In this document: positions 1 to 9,814 of the stretch, piece after piece | Numbering within the stretch: the first letter of the stretch is position 1 | Layout: every line of letters starts with the position of its first letter | From: Acutalibacteraceae bacterium | GTDB taxonomy: Bacteria > Bacillota > Clostridia > Oscillospirales > Acutalibacteraceae | Length of the DNA: 64,000 nucleotides | Direction of reading: 5' to 3' | Assembly (NCBI GenBank): GCA_045649405.1 | Contig: JAZRPW010000038.1 | Span: 13,442-77,441 of the forward strand | Notes under the pieces: generated by a model | What the model was told of the DNA's origin: nothing | The model's database searches: none | The model's input: the letters and a program-made list of their open reading frames with translations, nothing else | Program-made: the position numbers and the translations under genes

Positions 1-1
1 C

Positions 2-1186
2 GCAGAAGTAATTGATATGGAAATCGACTTCAAATTAAAAAGCGTTACATACCAACCAAGAAACTATGACTCAGATGGTATTGGTATGTTAGACCTTTAC
101 TTCTCACCATTGTACGTTAACAACGTTCCTGGTTCAAATGGTATTGACCCAATGAACGTAGATGATTTCAAATTGTACGACATTCGTCCTTATATTAATA
201 GCACAACATTCGTTTCAGGCAAACTTGACAAAGATGGCGACGGCGACATTTTCAACGATTGGCAATGGACAACATGGGAAAAAGGTCCAGATGATGACCA
301 CCCACCAATTTATGGTTCAGATGAATACGGCAACAAGGGTGATATCGAAAGAGATAAAGAAACAAGATGCCCAATTATGGCAGACGGTTCTCTTTACAAC
401 CCAATTCCAATTGTTCAACTTGTAAAAGAAGGCGACGTTGTTGTTTCTAATTTGAAAGCAGAAGTTAACGGTTCAAGCGTTAAAGTTTCATGGGAAAACA
501 CTGGTTCTGAAGCAAGTGGTTATGATGTTGACCTTTACAAAGATGGTGAATGGTTAGAATATGCTGAAACAACAGGCACATCTGTTGAATTTACAGATCT
601 TGAAGAAGGTTCTTATGTTGCAACTGTTTATGGTTACAATGTAGAAGGTACAATGGCTCGTGGTAGAGATGTTGCATTTGAAATTGGTGGTAGTGCACCA
701 GTTGAAACAGAACCAACAACAGTTCCTATTCCAACAGCTCCTACAACAAAACCAACAGAAGCTCCAGCTCCTACAACAGCTGCTCCAACTACAGTAGCTC
801 CAACTACAGTAGCTCCAACTACAGCTGCTCCAACTACAGTTGCTCCTACAACAGTAGCTCCAACAACTGCAGCTCCTACTACAGTAGCTCCTACAACACC
901 TGCTAAAGTTGTAAAATTAAAAGTACCTAAATTCAAATTGACTTCAGGTAAAAAACAATTTAAAGTTAAATACACAAAAGTAGCAAATGCTACTGGCTTC
1001 CAAGTAAGATATAAACTTAAAGGTAAATGGATTACAAAAACATTTAAAACCAAAAAGACAGCTACAAAAGCAATCAAAAAGCTCAAAAAAGGTACTTACC
1101 AAGTACAAGTTAGAGCAATGCTTACAAAAGGCAAAACTAAAACATACTCAGCTTGGAGCAAAGCTAAAAAAGTTAAAGTAAAATAA
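2..1186 (+). CDS. Cell-surface protein, 5' end cut by the window edge: Fn3-like domain, Pro/Thr linker, Lys-rich C-terminal Fn3-like module
   Basis: The frame is open from nt 2, with no stop upstream of the Met at 17. Fn3-like pattern SVKVSWENTGSEASGYDVDLYKDG..YVATVYGYN. (APTTV/A)n linker. The last ~90 aa closely match the C-terminus of 40947..42761. Confidence 0.7.
   Translation, partial: AEVIDMEIDFKLKSVTYQPRNYDSDGIGMLDLYFSPLYVNNVPGSNGIDPMNVDDFKLYDIRPYINSTTFVSGKLDKDGDGDIFNDWQWTTWEKGPDDDHPPIYGSDEYGNKGDIERDKETRCPIMADGSLYNPIPIVQLVKEGDVVVSNLKAEVNGSSVKVSWENTGSEASGYDVDLYKDGEWLEYAETTGTSVEFTDLEEGSYVATVYGYNVEGTMARGRDVAFEIGGSAPVETEPTTVPIPTAPTTKPTEAPAPTTAAPTTVAPTTVAPTTAAPTTVAPTTVAPTTAAPTTVAPTTPAKVVKLKVPKFKLTSGKKQFKVKYTKVANATGFQVRYKLKGKWITKTFKTKKTATKAIKKLKKGTYQVQVRAMLTKGKTKTYSAWSKAKKVKVK
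767..901 (+). repeat. Nine tandem 15-nt coding repeats (gct-cca/cct-act/aca-aca-gta/gct) encoding an APTTV/APTTA linker
   Basis: Read directly from the sequence: consecutive in-frame 15-mers from 767 to 901. Confidence 0.9.
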
Positions 1187-1198
1187 TTACTATTTCTA

Positions 1199-1228
1199 AA
1201 AAGGTCGGCTAATTTAAGCCGACCTTTT
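1199..1228 (+). terminator. Rho-independent terminator after the surface-protein gene
   Basis: Hairpin aggtcggct-aattta-agccgacct followed by a T run. Confidence 0.8.
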
Positions 1229-1236
1229 ACTTTTAA

Positions 1237-1265
1237 TTGACAATTAATCTTATTTATTATATAAT
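1237..1265 (+). promoter_or_regulatory. Consensus sigma-A-type promoter (TTGACA-17-TATAAT)
   Basis: TTGACA at 1237..1242, a 17-nt spacer, TATAAT at 1260..1265. It lies ~30 nt upstream of the ATG at 1297. Confidence 0.75.
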
Positions 1266-1296
1266 TAATTTGTTAATTTTAAGTGGAGGCAAATAG

Positions 1297-2865
1297 ATGA
1301 AAAAGATAATTTCAATTTTGCTTGTAGTAGCCATTTTTATTTTTGGTAACTGCATAGTTCAGGCAAGTGAAGATGAGCAATATAACCCAGTTGATTTAGT
1401 GATGGGCGATGTTAACGGAGATGGAGAAGTTAATGTTGCTGATTGTTTAAATTTTAGAGAGACAATGGTCAATAAAAAGAATGCTTATATTTTGTGTGAA
1501 TATGCTGATTTAAATGGAGATTTTGTTTGCAATGTTGCTGACCTTTTGCTTTTGAGAAAACAACTTTGCGGGTTTGATGTGCAGTTTGCAGATTATAATT
1601 TTGGAGAATTTGTTGGAGATGTAACTAATGAACTTCAAGATTTAGGAAAAAACAATTTTGACACCGCAAATACCGATTGGGATGATAGCAACGTTGAAAA
1701 AATTGACGCAAGAAACCCTAATGATATGATTGCCTACAAATCAAAGGTTTATGTAACAGGTGGCAATTATGATACAAACCAAGGCCCTGTTAGAGTTACT
1801 TATTATTCCCGTGAATATAATGAAGGTAAAAATGCAGGCACAATTGATACTGAGCAAATCAATCGTTTTTACAAATTTGATGATGTGGTTTTCACAACTT
1901 CAATTGATGAACGCACTTGGGGTTCTGGTAGCGTTAGTTTTTTGAAAGATTATAGATTGTTTTTCCAAACAAACGCAGGTGTTTTGCAAAAAAACATTCA
2001 CTGTTATGATATGTCGAAATTCGGTGGCACCTACTTTTTTGCCGGCTCTGCTGTTGATTATAATGATAAATATGTTGGATACAGTGGAAGTAAACTTGAA
2101 CTTTCAAAAGGCATTATTTATATGTTTAAGGGTAGCGACATTACAAAATGCACCGCAAATGATTTTGTAGATGTGCCTATTGTAAACAAAAATGGCGATG
2201 TAATTGACTTCGATACTGATATGAATGAGTACACAACTTCAAGCGGAAAAACTTATTATACAACCGCTTATGGAGTGCCAAGGGTTTATGACCTTTTTGA
2301 GTGGGGCGAAGATTTATATGCGCTTTATTATGACCAGTATATGTATGGCAATTATTATCCACAAGAAAAAAATTATAACGGTCTTTATAAGTTTGATGCG
2401 CAAAAACAAGCATTTGTTTTTGAGCCAGATTTAAAAATCGACATCTTTAGAGATAAGTTTGTTGAATCTCAAGATAAAAACAAAATCTTGCACGACTTTG
2501 AGTGGGGTGACAGATACTATTTTGTTACCGATGTTGGTTTGTTAAGCACAAATGATTTTAAAAATTATCAAGAAGAGTATATTGATGAAGTACCATATGC
2601 TATTATAAAAGATGTGATTTTTAGAGACAACAGTGCTTATTTGGTTTGCAGTGAGGTAAACAGTAAAGGCAACTACACAACCTATTTGTACAAAACAACC
2701 GACTTTAGAAATTATTCTAAAATCTTGCAGTTTGACGCTGGCTCATTTGTAAGAAGCTTTGAATATTGCAACGGCGCTTTTTACTTTGGGCTTGGCGCAA
2801 CAAAAGAAGGGAATTACTGCAACACAGAATGTGGCAGAATTTATAGATATATTTATTACAAATAA
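1297..2865 (+). CDS. Secreted dockerin-containing protein with a C-terminal beta-propeller-like domain (distant paralog of the 15133..18855 family)
   Basis: RBS GGAGG upstream. Signal peptide MKKIISILLVVAIFIFGNCIVQA. Two dockerin Ca-binding loops, DVNGDGEVNVAD and DLNGDFVCNVAD. The C-terminal region shares motifs with the tandem paralogs (SKVYVTGGNYD, INRFYKFDD, FEYCNGAFYFG). Confidence 0.8.
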   Translation: MKKIISILLVVAIFIFGNCIVQASEDEQYNPVDLVMGDVNGDGEVNVADCLNFRETMVNKKNAYILCEYADLNGDFVCNVADLLLLRKQLCGFDVQFADYNFGEFVGDVTNELQDLGKNNFDTANTDWDDSNVEKIDARNPNDMIAYKSKVYVTGGNYDTNQGPVRVTYYSREYNEGKNAGTIDTEQINRFYKFDDVVFTTSIDERTWGSGSVSFLKDYRLFFQTNAGVLQKNIHCYDMSKFGGTYFFAGSAVDYNDKYVGYSGSKLELSKGIIYMFKGSDITKCTANDFVDVPIVNKNGDVIDFDTDMNEYTTSSGKTYYTTAYGVPRVYDLFEWGEDLYALYYDQYMYGNYYPQEKNYNGLYKFDAQKQAFVFEPDLKIDIFRDKFVESQDKNKILHDFEWGDRYYFVTDVGLLSTNDFKNYQEEYIDEVPYAIIKDVIFRDNSAYLVCSEVNSKGNYTTYLYKTTDFRNYSKILQFDAGSFVRSFEYCNGAFYFGLGATKEGNYCNTECGRIYRYIYYK

Positions 2866-2916
2866 ATAAGTAAAAAAATGGGCATAATAATACAAAAACA
2901 AAAGGAGAGTATTATT

Positions 2917-4203
2917 ATGCCTATTATTGATTCTATAAAAGCCTTGCAGGTGCTTGATTCAAGAGGCAACCCAACAATCAAAGTAACCGTTACAACCGAT
3001 TGTGGGGCGTCTGGTAGCGCTTTTGTGCCATCTGGCGCATCAACCGGCGAATACGAAGCACATGAATTGCGTGATGGCGAAAAAGAGTATGGTGGCAAGG
3101 GCGTTTTAAAAGCCGTTGAAATGATTGAAAATGTAATTGCCAAGATTTTGGTTGGCCATTACAGCGTTTTAAATCAACGCCAAATCGACAATGTTTTAAT
3201 ACAAGCCGATGGCACAAAAAACAAATCAACCTTTGGCGCAAATGCAATTCTTGGCGTGTCATTAGCAGTTGCAAAAGCCGCGGCAGATTATTTTTGTATG
3301 CCACTTTATCAATACATTGGTGGAATTAGCGCAAACGTTTTGCCAACGCCAATGATGAACATTTTAAACGGTGGCGCTCACGCAAAAAACGGGCTTGATT
3401 TTCAAGAGTTTATGATAATGCCGACAGGAGCTAAAAGTTTTGCAGATGCTGTTAGAATTGGAAGCGAGATTTTTCATTCTTTAAAACAGGTGCTAAATTC
3501 AAAAAATCTTTCAACTGGGGTAGGAGATGAAGGTGGCTTTGCACCTGAAATTTCAAGCACAATTGAATCATTAGATTTAATAACTAAAGCAACTGAAAAC
3601 GCAGGTTACAAATTAGGTCAAGATGTAATGTTGGCAATTGATGCGGCATCAAGCGAATTTTATAACAAGACCAACAATTGTTATGATTTTGAAGGTAAAC
3701 AGAGAACGGCAAAAGAAATGATAGACTTTTACATTGAGTTGTGTGAAAAATATCCAATCATTTCAATTGAAGATGCACTTGAACAAAACGACTTTGAAAA
3801 TATGAAGATTTTGACCGAGACTTTGGGCAAAAATGTTCAACTTGTTGGCGATGATTTGTTTGTCACTAACACGCAAAGATTAAAAACTGGAATTGATGAA
3901 AAGTGTGCAAATTCAATTTTGATAAAACCAAACCAAATTGGCACATTATCAGAAACAATTGATGCAATTGTAATGGCAAAAAGGGCAAATTACACAGCTG
4001 TTATGTCACATCGCTCAGGCGAAACCGAAGATACAACAATTGCAGATTTAGCAGTAGCACTCAATGTTGGACAAATTAAAACTGGCTCGCTTTCAAGAAG
4101 TGAACGCACTGCAAAATACAACAGATTAATTGAAATTGAAAGTAATTTGAAAAACTCTTGCTGTTTTGCAGGTAGCGATGCTTTTAATAATATTATTCAC
4201 TAA
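2917..4203 (+). CDS. eno: Enolase (phosphopyruvate hydratase)
   Basis: [26 protein letters not shown]-terminus and [17 protein letters not shown] signature. Start set at the ATG at 2917, which follows AAGGAGAG. The track start at 2878 adds 13 non-homologous residues. Confidence 0.95.
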   Translation: MPIIDSIKALQVLDSRGNPTIKVTVTTDCGASGSAFVPSGASTGEYEAHELRDGEKEYGGKGVLKAVEMIENVIAKILVGHYSVLNQRQIDNVLIQADGTKNKSTFGANAILGVSLAVAKAAADYFCMPLYQYIGGISANVLPTPMMNILNGGAHAKNGLDFQEFMIMPTGAKSFADAVRIGSEIFHSLKQVLNSKNLSTGVGDEGGFAPEISSTIESLDLITKATENAGYKLGQDVMLAIDAASSEFYNKTNNCYDFEGKQRTAKEMIDFYIELCEKYPIISIEDALEQNDFENMKILTETLGKNVQLVGDDLFVTNTQRLKTGIDEKCANSILIKPNQIGTLSETIDAIVMAKRANYTAVMSHRSGETEDTTIADLAVALNVGQIKTGSLSRSERTAKYNRLIEIESNLKNSCCFAGSDAFNNIIH

Positions 4204-4207
4204 AATA

Positions 4208-4242
4208 AAAAAACATCGTTTGAAATTCAAACGATGTTTTTT
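4208..4242. terminator. Bidirectional rho-independent terminator between convergent eno and 4247..4987
   Basis: Hairpin catcgtttga/tcaaacgatg flanked by an A run and a T run. Confidence 0.8.
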
Positions 4243-4246
4243 GCTT

Positions 4247-4987
4247 TTAAAGATATAGATCGTCGTCTTTTGATTTATTAAAATCATCATCAACTAATTT
4301 TTGATTGAATTTAACATCAGAATTTTCGTTTTTCTTGCTAAATGAAGATAAATCAACAACTGCAGTTTGGTCAAGATTGTTTTTTGAATTAGAAAATCTT
4401 GCATTTGTATCTAATCTTGAACTTTTTCTTGAACGCTTTTTAGATGAACTGCCGTGAACCTTTTTATATCTAACATTAACAAAAATCAAAGCAGCTGCAC
4501 TGCCAATCATAAGAATAAATGAAATCCATTTCAAAGGACGAAATTCACTTGCATAGTTAGTGATGTTCTTTTTAGGAGTTGTTGGCTCGGTGGCCTTGGT
4601 GGTATAAATTTCTTTTGTTTCTTTAGTGCCACCATAATAATCATAATATTGTGTATATGATTGAGTTTGTTGTGTAGTAGTTTCAGTTGTAGTTTTGCTT
4701 GTTTGTGTTGTCTTTGTATAAACAGGGTCAGCAACAGTAGCCATTGTAGTGCTTTGTGTTTCAGTAGCCAATGTTGTTTCAACAATTGTTGTTTCTTCGG
4801 CTGGCAATGTTGTTTCATCAACCGATAAGGTTGGCTCTTCTGGGAACATTGTTTCTACCGTTTCTACAACTGGTGCGCCAGTTGTGGTTACAATTCCTTC
4901 TTCAGAAGCCGAGGCATTGAAAAAACTCAAACAACTAATCATAAACACAACAACAAGAATTGTTGATAATACATTAGTTTTGCTCAT
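4247..4987 (-). CDS. Thr-rich type I membrane protein of unknown function
   Basis: N-terminal signal peptide, a low-complexity T/E/Q-rich ectodomain, one TM helix (WISFILMIGSAAALIFVNV) and a basic/acidic cytoplasmic tail. Confidence 0.6.
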   Translation of the reverse strand: MSKTNVLSTILVVVFMISCLSFFNASASEEGIVTTTGAPVVETVETMFPEEPTLSVDETTLPAEETTIVETTLATETQSTTMATVADPVYTKTTQTSKTTTETTTQQTQSYTQYYDYYGGTKETKEIYTTKATEPTTPKKNITNYASEFRPLKWISFILMIGSAAALIFVNVRYKKVHGSSSKKRSRKSSRLDTNARFSNSKNNLDQTAVVDLSSFSKKNENSDVKFNQKLVDDDFNKSKDDDLYL

Positions 4988-4996
4988 ATTGTTACC

Positions 4997-6436
4997 TTAA
5001 TAAGCCTTTCCCCAATAAACAAGTTTGTCGGCTTTTTTGCCACAACAAACGCATTTATCAGAAATCTTTTCATTGGTAAATGGCATACATCTTGAACCAA
5101 CGCCTGTGATTTCTTTTACTTTATCCTCACAAGCTTCATCGCCACACCACATTGCTTTAACAAAACCATCGCCGTTTTCTTCTAATGCTTTTGTAATTTC
5201 ATCCATTGTTGTGCAAGCGTAGGTTCTTTTTTCTCTGTTTTCGAGCGCACGAGCAAAAATGCCATCATGTACTTCTTTGAGTTTCTCAGCAACAACTGTT
5301 TCAATATTTTCAATTGGAACAACTGTTTTTTCACGGTTGTGACGGGTTACAACAACACAAACGCCGTTTTCAATATCTCTTGGTCCCATTTCAATTCTAA
5401 CAGGAACACCCTTCATTTCATATTCAGCATATTTCCAACCAGGTGAATTGTCAGAATCATCAAACTTAACCCTAAATTTTTCTTTCAATCTGTCATAAAG
5501 TTTAGCGCAGTTTTCTTTAACGCCTTCTTTGTGAGAAGCAACCGGAATAACAACTGCTTGAATTGGTGCTACTGCAGGTGGCAAAACAAGACCGTTGTCA
5601 TCACCGTGAGTCATAATAATAGCGCCAATCAAACGAGTTGTAACACCCCAAGAAGTTTGGTGTGGATAAGATTTTTTGTTTTCTTTATCAGAGAATTGAA
5701 TGTCAAATGCTTTAGCAAAACCATCGCCAAAGTAGTGTGATGTACCTGCTTGAAGCGCTTTACCATCATGCATTAACGCTTCAATTGCGTAAGTAGAAAC
5801 AGCGCCAGCAAATTTGTCAGACTCGGTCTTTTTACCCTTTACAACTGGAATTGCAAGAGCGTTTTCACAAAAGTCTGCATAAACATTAAGCATTTTTTCT
5901 GTTTCAACAATTGCTTCATCAGCAGTTGCGTGAATTGTGTGACCTTCTTGCCATAAGAACTCACGTGAACGAAGGAAAGGACGAGTTGTTTTTTCCCAAC
6001 GAACAACAGAAACCCATTGGTTATAAAGTTTTGGCAAATCTCTGTATGACTGAATAATGTTTTTGTAATGCTCGCAAAAAAGTGTTTCAGAAGTAGGACG
6101 AACACAAAGTTTTTCTTCCAATGGTTCAGAACCACCGTGAGTAACCCAAGCAACTTCAGGTGCAAAACCTTCAACGTGGTCTTTTTCTTTTTGCAAAAGG
6201 GACTCAGGAATAAACATAGGCATACAAACATTTTCGTGCCCTGTTTCTTTAAACATTTTGTCAAGAATGGCAACAATGTTTTCCCAAATTGCATAACCAT
6301 AAGGGCGAATAACCATACAACCCTTAACGCTTGTGTATTCAATCAATTCTGCTTTTTTGCAGATGTCTGTGTACCATTTCGCAAAATCTTCATTCATTGA
6401 AGTAATTTGCTCAACCAACTTTTTATTATCAGCCAT
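4997..6436 (-). CDS. proS: Proline--tRNA ligase, short archaeal/eukaryote-like type
   Basis: 479 aa with class II aaRS motifs and a C-terminal Cys cluster ([18 protein letters not shown]), typical of this ProRS type in Clostridia and Bacteroidetes. Confidence 0.9.
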   Translation of the reverse strand: MADNKKLVEQITSMNEDFAKWYTDICKKAELIEYTSVKGCMVIRPYGYAIWENIVAILDKMFKETGHENVCMPMFIPESLLQKEKDHVEGFAPEVAWVTHGGSEPLEEKLCVRPTSETLFCEHYKNIIQSYRDLPKLYNQWVSVVRWEKTTRPFLRSREFLWQEGHTIHATADEAIVETEKMLNVYADFCENALAIPVVKGKKTESDKFAGAVSTYAIEALMHDGKALQAGTSHYFGDGFAKAFDIQFSDKENKKSYPHQTSWGVTTRLIGAIIMTHGDDNGLVLPPAVAPIQAVVIPVASHKEGVKENCAKLYDRLKEKFRVKFDDSDNSPGWKYAEYEMKGVPVRIEMGPRDIENGVCVVVTRHNREKTVVPIENIETVVAEKLKEVHDGIFARALENREKRTYACTTMDEITKALEENGDGFVKAMWCGDEACEDKVKEITGVGSRCMPFTNEKISDKCVCCGKKADKLVYWGKAY

Positions 6437-6502
6437 TTTATTTCCTCCGATTTTTAACTATTAACAAATATTAATTATATAATAAATTAATTTAAATTTC
6501 AA

Positions 6503-7486
6503 CTATAAATTTTCTTGCTTTTTGTCTCTTGTCATCAAACTAATAAGCGAATCTTTAGCGTTATTGCCTTTGTATAAAATGTTGTAACATTCACTAACAA
6601 TCGGCATTTCAACGCCGTGCTTGTCTGCCAAAAGTTTTGCCGCTTTAGTTGCAAAATAACCTTCAACTGTGCCAACTGCACGTTTTGCTTCTTCAACCGA
6701 AATGCCTTTGCCAACAAGTTTGCCAAACGCACGGTTTCTTGAATGTTCAGAAGTGCAGGTAACAACCAAATCGCCAATGCCTGAAAGACCAGCAAAAGTT
6801 GCACGATTACCACCAAGCGCTTCACCAAGTGTCGCCATTTCAGCAAGGCCACGTGTCATAAGAGCCGCAGTTGTATTATCACCAAGTTTCATACCAGTAA
6901 TAACACCGGCTGCAACAGCAATAACGTTTTTAAGCGCTGCACCAACCTCAACACCAACAACATCTGTGTTTGTGTAAATTCTAAAATATTTGTTAGAAAG
7001 TGCCTCTTGCACCGCAGTAGCTGCATCTAAATCTTCACTTGCTGCAACAATTGAAGTTGGAATTTTTCTGCCAACTTCTTCTGCGTGTGAAGGACCAGAC
7101 AAAACAACAACTGGGTTGTTCGGCAACTCATCTTTAATAACCTGTGAAAACCTTTTCAAAGTGTCTTTTTCAAAACCCTTTGCAACAGAAACAACAATTG
7201 TTTTGTTGTCAATGTACTTGCCAATCATCTGCGCAGTTTCTTCAACAGCAAATGAAGGTGTTGCAATAATCACAATGTCACTATTTTTAATTTTCTTAAT
7301 TTCACTTGTCACATTAATGCTTTCAGGAATTTCAACGCCTTTTAAAAGTGGGTTCTCCAAAGTGGTTTTAATTGTTTTAACCTCTTCTTCAAACTTTCCC
7401 CAAAGCACTGTTTTGTGAGAGCAGTTATAGCTCAAAATAGCAAGGGCAGTACCCCAACCACCAGAGCCTAAAACAGAAATCTTCAT
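6503..7486 (-). CDS. gpsA: NAD(P)H-dependent glycerol-3-phosphate dehydrogenase
   Basis: MKISVLGSGGWGTALA Rossmann N-terminus. Conserved position next to plsY and der. Confidence 0.92.
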   Translation of the reverse strand: MKISVLGSGGWGTALAILSYNCSHKTVLWGKFEEEVKTIKTTLENPLLKGVEIPESINVTSEIKKIKNSDIVIIATPSFAVEETAQMIGKYIDNKTIVVSVAKGFEKDTLKRFSQVIKDELPNNPVVVLSGPSHAEEVGRKIPTSIVAASEDLDAATAVQEALSNKYFRIYTNTDVVGVEVGAALKNVIAVAAGVITGMKLGDNTTAALMTRGLAEMATLGEALGGNRATFAGLSGIGDLVVTCTSEHSRNRAFGKLVGKGISVEEAKRAVGTVEGYFATKAAKLLADKHGVEMPIVSECYNILYKGNNAKDSLISLMTRDKKQENL

Positions 7487-7492
7487 AAAAGT

Positions 7493-8257
7493 TTAACCTT
7501 TCTTGCGTTTCTTGTCAGAGATTTTTCGCTCAGTACCTTTAATAAGTCTGCCAATATTTTCATGGTGTCTTGCAATTACTAAACCAGCCATAATAGCAGT
7601 GCAAATTACTGCAACCCATACTTGATAATCAGAGAACCAAAGGTAAGTGCCTTCAGAGTCAAAGAATATATATGAGAGTGGAACGGCAGATGCTACTGCA
7701 ACAATTGATGCGAGCGAAACATATTCGCTCATAAGCAAAACAAGACCGAAAATGATAAATGCAAAAAGTGCAGTAAAAGGTGAGAATGCAGCGCCTGCAC
7801 CAACGAGTGTTGCAACGCCTTTGCCACCTTTAAATTTAAAGAAAACAGGGTACATATGACCGAGTAAACAGAAAATTGCAACAATAAATCCAACAAGATT
7901 TGGATTTAAAACAACTTCAGGGTCTGTAATAACATAACCAGTCAAAACCATGTTTCTAACACCAATTGAGAAAAGCAAATTTGCCAAAGGAACATACAAA
8001 AACTTTGCTAAAAGAACAGCAACCGTGCCTTTCAAAAAGTCGCAAACAAATGTCAAAATGCCAGGCAACTTACCCGCAGTTCTCATAACATTTGTCATAC
8101 CCGCATTGCCTGAACCGTGCTCACGAATGTCGGTATTCATAAATTTTTTAGTGAAAATAATTGCAAAACTAACGCTACCCAAAAGGTAAGCCACAATACA
8201 AAAAATAACAACAGATAGAAGAATTGCAAATTGATTTGCACTGTAGGAATAAAACAT
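7493..8257 (-). CDS. plsY: Glycerol-3-phosphate acyltransferase PlsY (longer than usual at 254 aa)
   Basis: GSGNAGMTNV and FKGGKGVAT motifs, multiple TM helices. The start ATG overlaps the der stop (TAATG). Confidence 0.9.
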   Translation of the reverse strand: MFYSYSANQFAILLSVVIFCIVAYLLGSVSFAIIFTKKFMNTDIREHGSGNAGMTNVMRTAGKLPGILTFVCDFLKGTVAVLLAKFLYVPLANLLFSIGVRNMVLTGYVITDPEVVLNPNLVGFIVAIFCLLGHMYPVFFKFKGGKGVATLVGAGAAFSPFTALFAFIIFGLVLLMSEYVSLASIVAVASAVPLSYIFFDSEGTYLWFSDYQVWVAVICTAIMAGLVIARHHENIGRLIKGTERKISDKKRKKG

Positions 8258-9579
8258 TATTTGTCGCCTCTTTCTCTAACTATAACTTTAACCGGTGTAC
8301 CCTCAAGGCCGAAGGTTTGTCTAATTTGATTTTCTAAATATCTTTGATAAGAAAAATGGAACAACTCTGCATTGTTACAGAAGAAAACAAATGTCGGTGG
8401 GGCAGTGGTTGCTTGAGTCATATAGTAAATTTTCAAGCGTTTACCTCTGTCTGAAGGTGGTTGCACCCTTGCAGTTGCCTCTGCTAACAACTCATTAAGT
8501 CTACCAGTAGAAATACGCATATTATTTTGCTCATAAGCATATTTAATAACTTCCATAAGTCTGTCAAGTCTTTGACCTGTTTTTGCAGAAATGAAAATAA
8601 TTGGCGCATAAGACATAAATGAAAAATCAACTGCCAACTCTTTGCGATATTGGTCCATTGTCTTGCCGTCTTTTTCAACCAAGTCCCATTTGTTAACTGC
8701 AATAACACATGCCTTACCACCGTCAAGTGCAATTGAAGCCACCTTTGAGTCTTGCTCGGTAAAGCCCTCAACTGCATCAATCATAATAACGCAAACATCG
8801 GCACGCTCAACCGCCATTTTTGCACGAATAACAGAGTATTTTTCAATTTTGTCGTCAACACGAGATTTTCTACGAAGTCCTGCTGTGTCAATGAAATTAA
8901 ATTTGCCAAATTCGTTGCTTATAGAAAAGTCAATTGCATCACGAGTAGTACCTGCAATGTCAGAAACAATTGCTCGCTCATCACCTGCGATTTTATTGAT
9001 AAGCGAAGACTTGCCGGCATTTGGTTTGCCAATAATAGCAACATTAATTACATCTTCATCATCTTCTTGTGATTCATCATCAAACACTAGATGCTCAAAA
9101 ACTGCATCAAGCAAGTCGCCAGTGCCATGACCGTGAACAGATGAAACCGCAATTGGCTCACCAAGGCCTAAATTATAAAATTCATAAAACTCTGGCTCAA
9201 CTTCGCCAATGCCGTCACACTTGTTAACGCAAAGTGCAATAGGTTTGCCAGATTTTTGAAGCATTGCTGCAACCTCTTCGTCAGCGGCAGTAATGCCAGA
9301 TTTCATATCAACAACAAAAATAATCGCCTGCGCCATATCAATTGCCAAATTTGCTTGCGCGCGCATTTGTGAAAGAATAATATCATCAGTTTTTGGCTCA
9401 ATACCGCCTGTGTCAATCATAGTAATTGTTTTGCCACGCCATTCACAGTCACCAAAAATTCTATCTCTTGTAACACCTGGTGTGTCATCAACAATTGACA
9501 AGCGTTGACCAATAAGTTTATTAAAAAGTGTAGATTTACCAACATTAGGTCTGCCTACAACTGCAACAATTGGATTCAC
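8257..9579 (-). CDS. der: Ribosome-associated GTPase Der/EngA
   Basis: Two G domains (GRPNVGKSTLFN and GKPNAGKSSLIN) plus a KH-like C-terminus. Start moved to the GTG at 9579, which follows GGAGGAG; the track start at 9639 adds 20 unlikely residues. Confidence 0.92.
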   Translation of the reverse strand: MNPIVAVVGRPNVGKSTLFNKLIGQRLSIVDDTPGVTRDRIFGDCEWRGKTITMIDTGGIEPKTDDIILSQMRAQANLAIDMAQAIIFVVDMKSGITAADEEVAAMLQKSGKPIALCVNKCDGIGEVEPEFYEFYNLGLGEPIAVSSVHGHGTGDLLDAVFEHLVFDDESQEDDEDVINVAIIGKPNAGKSSLINKIAGDERAIVSDIAGTTRDAIDFSISNEFGKFNFIDTAGLRRKSRVDDKIEKYSVIRAKMAVERADVCVIMIDAVEGFTEQDSKVASIALDGGKACVIAVNKWDLVEKDGKTMDQYRKELAVDFSFMSYAPIIFISAKTGQRLDRLMEVIKYAYEQNNMRISTGRLNELLAEATARVQPPSDRGKRLKIYYMTQATTAPPTFVFFCNNAELFHFSYQRYLENQIRQTFGLEGTPVKVIVRERGDK

Positions 9580-9716
9580 TTTTTCTCCTCCTTGGGTTTT
9601 GAAAGGACATAAAAATCCTAGTTTAAAAATTATACACAATTATTATACACCAAATTTATGAATAAGTAAATATTTAAAAGCAAATTTTTTATAATAAATT
9701 AACTAAAAATTCCAAC

Positions 9717-9746
9717 TTGACTAAAACAAACTTCTTGTGTTAAAAT
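9717..9746 (+). promoter_or_regulatory. Sigma-A-type promoter with an extended -10 (TTGACT-18-TAAAAT, TGTG-T upstream of the -10)
   Basis: TTGACT at 9717..9722, TGTGT at 9736..9740, TAAAAT at 9741..9746. It lies upstream of the sigma-factor gene. Confidence 0.55.
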
Positions 9747-9814
9747 TTTTTTAGAAAAAAGTGTCAGAAAATCAATTTTTTGGAGTTATTATTAGTAGAA
9801 GGGGGAGGAAAAGC

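Noticed and set aside
634-1086. 150-aa minus-strand ORF rich in GATVVGAAVV repeats
   Set aside because: It is the antisense reading of the APTTV linker repeats inside a well-supported plus-strand gene. It has no RBS and is a low-complexity mirror artefact.
2878-2916. N-terminal extensions proposed by the ORF track (eno 2878, der 9639, sigma factor 9761, rex 18822, ptsH 35017, spoVFB 48963, CE4 53470, SBP 56542)
   Set aside because: In each case a downstream start with a proper SD lies at the position where homology begins. The extension overlaps an upstream gene or a terminator, or lacks an RBS.
6437-6502. Possible T-box leader upstream of proS
   Set aside because: Only 66 nt separate proS from gpsA, which is far too short for a T-box (~200+ nt). 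I saw no specifier/antiterminator structure or T-box consensus. proS probably continues the der-plsY-gpsA transcription unit or uses a short promoter.
7493-8257. PlsY being ~50 aa longer than usual, as a sign of a fusion or novel domain
   Set aside because: The extra length is spread between an internal hydrophobic segment and a basic C-terminal tail. The core motifs are intact, and there is no evidence of a separate domain. It is noted in the feature call only.
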